Below, one piece after another: positions 21,307-29,852 of a stretch of DNA of 29,852 bases. Source of the stretch: Macrostomum lignano (Eukaryota); NCBI GenBank assembly GCA_002269645.1, contig NIVC01004968.1, positions 1 to 29,852 on the forward strand, written 5' to 3'. Position numbers and translations under genes: made by a program. The notes under the pieces are model-generated. The model worked only from the letters and a program-made list of their open reading frames with translations. It was not told where the DNA came from and did no database searches. Position 1 is the first letter of the stretch; each line of letters opens with the position of its first letter.

Positions 21307-21678
21307 GTGCGAAAAAGTGCGGACGGCCGAAGAAGAAAAACTGGAGCCGCTCCAAGAATAATATTAAAGTTGCTGCTGTCGGTGATTTAACTGCTGGCGA
21401 AGAACAGATTCAAGAGCCAGATGTACAACCGGAAGCTGCTGCTGCCTCTTCTATTGCCGCTGCTGGGACTAAAGCTGGTGCTTCTGCTGATGCTGCTGCT
21501 AAAACTGAGTCTGTGATTAAGCTGGACGAGGCTGGTCTGGCTGCCCTGCTAGCTGAACATGATGCTGCTCTGGCCGACGCTCTGGCTGCTTCGGAATACC
21601 CCGTGGTCGAAGGTGATGCTGAAGTGCCCAATTCTGGTGCTGCTTACAATGAGCAACTTATAGGCTACTTGAGTGCTG
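21307..21678 (+). CDS. Predicted exon 2 of RepHel: GRP/AT-hook-like motif, Ala-rich linker, UIM-like motif
   Basis: Acceptor tttaaacAG|GT, donor G|GTGAGA; 372 nt, phase 1/1, stop-free: SAKKCGRPKKKNWSRSK...EHDAALADALAASE...GYLSA. Splices in frame to exon 3 (G+AT = D of DETG). Confidence 0.78.
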
Positions 21679-21863
21679 GTGAGAGTTTTATTTTTTATTG
21701 AATTTCTATGCATAGTACAAGTTAATTTTCTTTCTTACATCTGACTTTGCTTGCGAATATTGAAAATTAGATTTTAGTGTTTACGACTTGTGCAAAATAC
21801 AATTAATGCTCAATTCCTTAAAATTATCATACCTCACTGTTTAAGAGTTGTATTCTTTTACAG

Positions 21864-24800
21864 ATGAAACAGGTGCTACTGCAATGGATTTTGCCGAAGG
21901 TCATGTAACTGCTGCTGTACAAGTCCAACCTGTATGGGTTCCTTTTTCTTCGTGTCGCGTTGAGAATGTACGAGGTGACGGCAACTGTTTTTTCACGGCC
22001 ATATTGAGACAATTACAAGAACTGCCAGGTTTTTCCGCCTATCAATCGCTAAGCGTAGAAGATTTTCGAGATGCGGTTGCTGCAGAATTCGAGCAATGGG
22101 TGCATCGCGATGTCAATAATCAGGAAAGAATTATGCAAACAGGACTGAATTGGGAAAAAGTGCGCGACGATACAAGGCGTCCCCGTATGTACGTGCCATG
22201 CGGAGTTCCAGAACTAATTGGTGAACTGTTGCGGCTAGAAGTGTTTATTTATCAGTCAAACATGCTTAATCTAGCGCGGCCTGGCCATTATTCCCGACCG
22301 AATATTGGAGAACGTTTGGCTACTATTCGATTGTTGTTTAATCCTGGTAGTCAACACTACGAAATCGTTCGTGTCAATGATTTGGAAGTTAATGAAGCAA
22401 GCTCAGTTCGGCCGACTGGCCAAGGAGATTTGAGCGCCAAGAATGTGGAAATGCCCCCTCTCAACGAGAATGTTCATGTTGTCGAAGATCCTGTTGTAAT
22501 GATGCCACCTCCAGCTCCACCAATGACGCCTTTTGAAAAGGTTGCAGACTGGACCCGAGTTCAAAGTAGGCATTGGAAGGGACGTTGTAGAAATCAAGCA
22601 AAGTCCTTGGAAAATAATACGAGTTTGTTTGCGCATCCGAATTCATATGAAGTGCTTCGGGATCGGAACAACTCTGTCTGGAATTGGAATGTCGATCTTG
22701 ACGCGGAGGATAGCGCAGAGTCAGTTGAAATTGAGCATGTGTCAGAGTCAGTTAAAAGTGATCGTGTGTCAGAGTCCGTGCCATCAAATGTTCCGCGGCG
22801 CAGTCGGCGTAAAAAGGATGTTGGGAAGGCAAGTTGCGCTACGCGTCGGAGTAGTCGACTGAGCGCTAAAGCAAACACATTAGAGTCTGTGTCTGTTGCA
22901 GCCTCTAGTGTATCTGGTCAGAGCTTATTGAGAAGAAGCAGTCGCACTCGGAGAGCACCATGTTGCAGTTGCATCGGTTGTGGCGACTCAGTTTCGGCGG
23001 TTTCAAGCGTTTCTTGCCATTTGGAAAAAGGAAGAGGTCGAGAAAAGAAGAGCGACGTTGTACCAAGTGCTCCTACTCGTCGCAGCGAGCGTTTGAAAAA
23101 CCAGCAGCAAGTGGTCAACTATGCAAATTCTTTACCACGGAAACAGAGATTGACAAACGCAGAAAATCATATCTGCGAACCCGTTCGATCGTCGCCTAGG
23201 AAGACGGCACCTTTGCAGCAGGAGCAGCAAGATAAACGTCAGTCTGATAATATTCCAGCTACTTCTACGTATTCATCACCACGAAAGACACGTGCTACTC
23301 AGGAGAAGCCTGATGAAGCGATCCGTTCGTCACCCAGAAAGCGGCCTACAATGGAGCAGCAGCCAGCTAAAGAAAATGTTCCGCAGAGCAGCACTTCAGA
23401 AGAGAGCGCTCAAGATGCTCCAATTGTTGAAGATGAAATCGGAGATCCTAATCTGCCAAAGTGCCTTCGCAATCCGTTCACAGACCAGTTCAAAAAGATG
23501 AGGCAAGACTTTTTCAATGAAAACATAACAAAAGTATCACATTTGAAACAGTGCTACGTGTGTAGGGAAAAGTTTCCTGGAAAATATTTTAGCATCGATT
23601 CTGAAGACATGTGCGATCGTTGTTTCAGAGATGACAATGAGCCGAAATCGTTTAGCCAAGAAAACAATGCGATTCCGATGTTGGAGCAGCCAGAAGATTT
23701 GCAAGATTTGAGTGTAGCAGAGCAAATGTTGATTTCGCCAGTTTTGTCGGTTATTGTTGTGGTACAAATTTTTCCCCAAAAGCAAACAAAATCGAGAGGA
23801 CACGGAATCATGTTGCCTCAAGATCAGTCGCACGTTTTGCGAGAGCTGCCAAGACGATCTCTGCCAGTTGTTTTAATGTACGACGAAAGAGCCCGTGTTC
23901 AGCCTGGAGAAGCGCAAAGCGGCACAATGAACAATTTGCGAGTTCGACGCGACAAAGTGACTAATGCGATGCGCTATTTAATGGCAAACAACAAGTACTT
24001 TAGACAGTATCAGGTTTCAATGAATAATGATGCGTTGCTACATCTGCCTGAAGATGGTTATGCTCATCAAGTAGAAGGTATGATTGTCGAAATGCAGTCT
24101 GACAATGAAGTGAATTTCGAGGCGGCACAGCAAGAAGGCGGCTCAGCCAGAGCTGAGCGATTGCAGCAACAAGTAGAAAAAAATGCGGACGAGACGAACG
24201 AGCTCGAGGAAACAATTAGTTCGCTGTTGGAGACTCCTTTGCGTCGATTGGAATCGGCAGTACGAGACAAATTTTTGAGTGAAAAATTGAAATGGCCAGC
24301 AAGAAGCAACGAGCCGGTAAACGAATTTCAGGATGAAGGATATTTTACATTGGCTTATCCTCATCTCTTTCCGGATGGAGCAGGAGATTATAGTACGCCA
24401 CGTAATTTTGGACTAAGTTTGGGCGACTATGCAAAGCATTTGATGCAATTCCGGTGTCCAAGATTTCGTACCGATTTGCGGTTTAAATTTTACATTGAAA
24501 ATATGGTGATGCGTTGGAGGGCGCTGGAAGTTGGTCGCGTGTTTGTACACGACAACAAGTATGCTGGATTAAGTGCCAAGGAAATGATTGAAGCACTAAA
24601 TGACCCGGCAGTATTGGCTAGCGTGTCAGTTCGAGCATCAGATTTGCGAGGCACAAGCGCTTATTGGCAGAGTAAAGGACGGCAATTGGAAGCCATGATT
24701 CGAACGCTTGGTGTTCCTCATTTTTTCGTGACACTATCGGCAGCAGATGTACATTGGCCAGAGTTGCAGCATGCCTGGGGAATCGATGCAGAGCAATATG

Positions 24801-27800
24801 AAAGCAATGTAGAACTAAGAGCAGAAATGTTGTCAAAGTTGCAAAAAGATCCCGGAATGGCAGACACTGTGTTTTGGTTGCGATTTGAAACATGTTTGAA
24901 ACGTTTTTTGGTCGAGCACTGGAAAGTAAACGATTATTGGTTTCGCATAGAATATCAGAGTCGCGGAAGTCCACACGTTCACGGTTGCATTTGGATGCCA
25001 GATGGTGTTGATGTGACATCGAATACATTGAATGCAGAAGAATTGACGAGCTTTGTTGACAAGTACATCTGTAGTTGGAATTTGGCCATGGACGAATCGG
25101 ATTATGGAAATCAAGTTTTGAATGGCAGTTTAGCAGGTCAAGGTCATCCAGCTCAACTGAAACCGGAAGAGATTGAAAATGACAAGCAAGATTTGCAGTT
25201 AATTTCGCATTTGACAGAGAGGCACACTATTTGCAGTAAAAAGTGCTTGCGAACAGTAAAAGGCAAACAAGAGTGCCGATTCAAGTATCCGCGCGAGCCG
25301 CAGGAAAAGACTGTTGCAAAGCGAGTATCCCGTTTAAATTGGCAAGTTGAGACGCAGCGCAACGACGAGCGAATGATTTCTCACAGTCCGCAGTTGCTGT
25401 GCATGTGGAGAGCCAATGTCGATGTTCAAATGATTTCGTCCGTGAAGAATTTGATTCGCTATTTGATCAAGTATGCGACAAAAAGCGAAAAGGAGTCGGA
25501 TTATATGGCGGAGCTGACAAAGCGTCTTCATAAGGAGTTGGAAGATAATGCAGAACAGAATGCCGATAACAATTTTCAGCGTAGCAACACTGCAAGGCGT
25601 GTTGTACAACAACACTTGATGGCGCAAGTTGGAGCGCGTGATTATTCGGCGCAAGAGGCAATGCATTTGCTATTGCAGACGTCAATGTACAAGGGTTCGC
25701 GAGAATTTGTTTTTGTTCAGACTGGCGAAACCCGCGCAGTGGAGGAAAAGGGTGTTTGCAGGAATAGTTGCGACAAGTATTCAAAGCGTGCAAAGAATTT
25801 GGAAAATGTAACAATGTTTCGTTTCTTTTCCGACTACTGTCTCAGCCCTAATGGGAGGTGCACAAAAAGGCCGAAACAAGTAGTTTTGCTAATCAGTCCA
25901 TTTTTTCGACCGAATGAGCAATCAGACGAAAGACGCGAAGGCTATTATCGGCAGCAGGTTTTGTTGTACAGTTGTTGGCGAAATGAGCGAGAAGCCAAAG
26001 GTTTGCACACAAGCTGGCAGCAAGCGTACGAAGCCATGCCTGCTGAGAATCGATGCGAGCTGCAGCTGCCCAATTTGGACGATTTGCGCAACGACGAAGC
26101 TGACGAAGAAGTCGAAGCAGTTGCGGAGCTACCCGAAATGACCAACGCAAATGCGCAATCTGCTGCTCAGCCAACTTATGAGCACGAAGAGCAAGAAGAT
26201 TGGATGGTTGCAGTGGGGGCACTTCATCGCGAGAGAAATCTATTGGCCTGTCCAGAAGATCAATTGCCAAAGCCGCCAGAAAATTTTGACTGGAGCGCAG
26301 CTAGTGGCGGCCAGTTTCCAACGGTTGGAGAAGCAAAGGCGTTTTTAAGTAGCGACCTAAAACTTGGCGCAAGAGAGGTCGCTGACATGCCGATAAACAG
26401 TGTTGAATCGCTTAATGTTCGGCAGCGAGAAATGTACAACCTAATTGAAAGTCATTTGCAGCTTTCAAGACTAGCCGAAGAAAACCAAGGCGAAAAGCCG
26501 GAGCCTCTCAAAGCAATTTTGTATGGTAGCGCTGGAACTGGAAAAAGCTACTTGATTTCTACATTGCGTCGGTTGATTGGAGAATCAAGATGCAGAATTA
26601 TGGCATCAACAGGCGTAGCCGCTTTCAATATTGCAGGCGAAACTTTGCACTCGGCTTTGAAATTGAATGTAAATTTTAGTGCTGGTGTTGGCAAGAAATC
26701 CCTAATGGAGATGCAAGAGCAGTGGAAAGATGTGCGCTACATTTTTATTGACGAATTTAGCATGCTTGGCCAAAGGTTACTCCGTAAGGTGGATGCTCGT
26801 TTGCGCGAATTGTTTCCAGAACACAGTAAACAGAGTTTTGGTGGTCGATCTGTAATCCTAATTGGCGACGTGTTTCAATTGCCTCCAGTTTTGGACACGC
26901 AACTGTACGTTTACAATCCAAATCAAAAGAAGCACGATATATTGAAATCTGAAGGCTATAAATTGTACATGGAGTTCAAAAAGGTTGTGCATCTGACAGA
27001 ACAAGTCCGACAAGCAAACGATACGGAATTCGCCCAGTTGTTGGATAAACTTCGCGAAGGCAAGGCCGACGAAGCCTGCTGGAATTCGTTGATGAACAAT
27101 TGTCGCGTCTATGCTCCCGACCTTTTGCCTGAAGGTTTCCAAAGCGGGTGTACATTTTTATATCACACTAACGAGGATGTGAGAAATCGCAACTACATGC
27201 TATTGGGAAAGATGGTTTCCGAATTGAATCCTGTGCGGCAAATTAACGCAATTTGTAAAGGAGACGAAGCAAAATTGTGTGGCAAAAAGAAGGAACATAA
27301 AAAATCGGATACGAATCTGGAGAAGCGACTCTATTTGTGTATTGGTGCTCGAGTAATGCTAACTAGAAATCTGTCAGTACGCAATGGACTTGTGAATGGA
27401 TCAGTTGGAACTGTACGAGGAATTTGCTACGCTCCTGGAAGGCAATCACCAAAGGATTGGCCAGATTGTATTTGGGTTGAATTTGACAATTATTCTGGCC
27501 CAGCAATGGGGGCAATTGTACAAGATAATCGTGCAATTCGTGTAGTGCCAATTCTGTCAGTAACGAATGAAAAGTTTAAAGGAGGAGCCCAATTGTCGCG
27601 TCAACAATTTCCACTACGATTGGCTTGGGCTAGTACGATTCACAAGAGCCAAGGACTTACAATTCCAAAAGCGTACGTGGCGTTTAGCAAAGGAGGCGCC
27701 AGGAAAGCTATTCCAGCTGGATTATTTTATACTGCGGTGAGTAGAGTTCGTGCATTTGCAGATTTGCGAGTATCAAGTTGCGATTACAACAATTTCGTGA

Positions 27801-27892
27801 GCCTTTTTTCTGCACAAAAAGTGCAGACGCAGTTGCATGAGCAAAAGCGTTTGCTGAGAATGTGCTCATCCGCGAATTCTGATAGCCGCTAA
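21864..27892 (+). CDS. Helitron Rep-helicase main exon: OTU protease, basic disordered linker, Cys motif, HUH Rep, PIF1 (SF1B) helicase
   Basis: Acceptor attcttttacAG|AT. OTU GDGNCFF (Cys at 21986) and HY (His at 22355); CYVC..CDRC; EGYFTLAYPHLFPDGAGD; FFVTLSAAD; RGSPHVH (HUH, 24974-24982); YLIKYATK (25460-25483); Walker A GSAGTGKS (26525); DEFSML; GDVFQLPPV; QVRQ; TIHKSQGLT. No stop in 6 kb. Confidence 0.95.
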
Positions 27893-27905
27893 CTTGCTAT
27901 TCTAA

Positions 27906-29852
27906 AGTCGGCAACTATTTAGTCAGCAACTATCCATCCAGTCAGCATCCGTCCAGTCAGCAGCCGTCAGTCAGCAACAATCCAGTCAGCAACCATCCAG
28001 TCAGCAACCATCCAGTCAGCAAACATCCATCCAGTCAGCAACCATTCGTCCAGTCAGCATCCATCCAGTCAGCAACCATCCAGTCAGCAACCATCCAGTC
28101 AGCATCCGTCCAGTCAGCAGCCATCCAGTCAGCAACCGTCCATCCAGTCAGCAACAATCCAGTCAGCAATCATCCAGTCAGCAACCATCCAGTCACAACC
28201 ATCCAGTCAGCAGTCATCCAGTCAGCAACCATCCGTCCAGTCAGCAACCATCCGTCCAGTCAGCAATCATCCGTCCAGTCAGCGACCATCCAGTCGGCAA
28301 CCATCCAGTCACAACCATACGTCCAGTCAGCAACCATCCAGTCAGCAACCATCCAGTCAGCAACCATCCATCCATTCAGCAACCATCCAGTCAGCAACCA
28401 TCCAGTCAGCAACCATCCAGTCAGCAACCATTCGTCCAGCAACCATCCATCCAGTCAGCAACAATCCAGTCAGCAACCATCCAGTCAGCAAACATCCATC
28501 CAGTCAGCAACCATTCGTCCAGTCAGCATCCATCCAGTCAGCAACCATCCAGTCAGCAACCATCCAGTCAGCATCCGTCCAGTCAGCAGCCATCCAGTCA
28601 GCAACCGTCCATCCAGTCAGCAACAATCCAGTCAGCAATCATCCAGTCAGCAACCATCCAGTCACAACCATCCAGTCAGCAGTCATCCAGTCAGCAACCA
28701 TCCAGTCAGCAACCATCCGTCCAGTCAGCAATCATCCGTCCAGTCAGCGACCATCCAGTCGGCAACCATCCAGTCACAACCATACGTCCAGTCAGCAACC
28801 ATCCAGTCAGCAACCATCCAGTCAGCAACCATCCATCCATTCAGCAACCATCCAGTCAGCAACCATCCAGTCAGCAACCATCCAGTCAGCAACCATTCGT
28901 CCAGCAACCATCCATCCAGTCAGCAACAATCCAGTCAGCAACCATCCAGTCAGCAACCATCCAGTCAGCAACCATCCATCCAGTCAGCAACCATCCAGTC
29001 AGCAGCCATCCTGTCAGCAGCCATCCAGTCAAGCCGTCCAGTCAGCAGCCATCCAGTCAGCAACCGTCCATCCAGTCAGCACAATCCAGTCAGCGACCAT
29101 CCAGTCAGCAACCATCCAGTCAGCAACCATCCAGTCAACAACAGTCCATCCAGTCAGCAAACATCCATCATCAGCACCATCCAGTCAACAACAGTCCATC
29201 CAGTCAGAACCATCCATCCAGTCAGCAACAATCCAGTCACAACCATACATCCAGTCAGCAACCATCCAGTCAGCAACCATCCGTCCAGTCAGCAACCATC
29301 CAGTCAGCAGCCATCCTGTCAGCAGCATCCAGTCAGCAGCCATCCAGTCAGCAACCGTCCATCCAGTCAGCACCATCAGTCAACAACCATCCAGTCAGCG
29401 ACCATCCAGTCAGCAACCATCCAGTCAGCAACCATCCAGTCAGCAAACATCCATCCAGTCAGCAACCATCCAGTCAACAACAGTCCATCAAGTCAGCAAC
29501 CAATCATCCAGCGCAACAATCCAGTCAGCAACAATCCAGTCAGCAACATCAGTCACAACCATACATCCAGTCAGCAACCATCCAGTCAGCAACCGTCCAT
29601 CCAGTCAGCAACAATCCAGTCAGCACAATCCAGTCAGCAACCGTCCATCCAGTCAGCAACATCCAGTCAGCAACCATCCATCCAGTCAGCACCGTCAGTC
29701 AACAACCATCCAGTCAGCGACCATCCAGTCAGCAACATCCAGTCAGCAACATCCATGTCAAACAGCAGTCCATCCAGTCAGCAACATCCATCCAGTCAGC
29801 AACCATCCAGTCAAACAACAGTCCATCCAGTCAGCACCACCATCCAGTCAGC
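27906..29852. repeat. 15-bp minisatellite (CATCCAGTCAGCAAC)n with 19-bp variants, over 100 copies, running off the window
   Basis: Read directly; the WLLTG-type ORFs are repeat translations. Confidence 0.98.

Larger units (their letters stand above)
20449..27892 (+). mobile_element. Helitron2/Helentron-type rolling-circle transposon (minimum extent is its gene; termini not identified)
   Basis: HUH Rep fused to a PIF1 helicase in one ORF; motif 2 reads YWFRIEYQSRGSPHVH, the Helentron/Helitron2 form. Confidence 0.9.

Noticed and set aside
21848-21863. TTG start of the 2014-aa ORF
   Set aside because: Lies in the polypyrimidine tract of an intron acceptor; the spliced model fits better.
22403-27551. 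Many short alternative-frame and antisense ORFs within the RepHel exon
   Set aside because: No motifs; expected by chance within a long coding region.
28260-29376. WLLTG/WMVAD ORFs
   Set aside because: Translations of the 15-bp minisatellite.

Overview
Eukaryotic (animal-like) genomic window with GT-AG introns, GC-rich exons and a different tandem repeat in nearly every host-gene intron. This style suggests a repeat-rich invertebrate such as a macrostomid flatworm (inference only). Left: a minus-strand spliced gene for an uncharacterised helical protein (exons 4443-4236, 3726-3531, 2527-2329, ~1426-1090; last exon frameshifted; probably runs off the window). Middle: a minus-strand polypeptide N-acetylgalactosaminyltransferase gene (GALNT, gly-5/pgant9-like; exons ~15684-15309, 11639-11438, 10369-9737, 7780-7259). 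Its N-terminal membrane-anchor exon was not found. Right: an intact plus-strand Helitron2/Helentron-type Rep-helicase gene. By my splice model (20449-20527, 21307-21678, 21864-27892) it encodes 2159 aa. Its N-terminus carries a GRP/AT-hook-like motif, a UIM-like motif, an OTU protease domain, an HMGN-like RRSSRLSAK motif and SPRK repeats ahead of the HUH Rep and PIF1 helicase. A 15-bp minisatellite starts right after its stop codon. Also present: a CORE-type SINE fragment, a probable fossil LINE endonuclease, long hairpins and a 528-bp tandem duplication. All calls are by-eye motif and splice-phase analysis; no database search was run.
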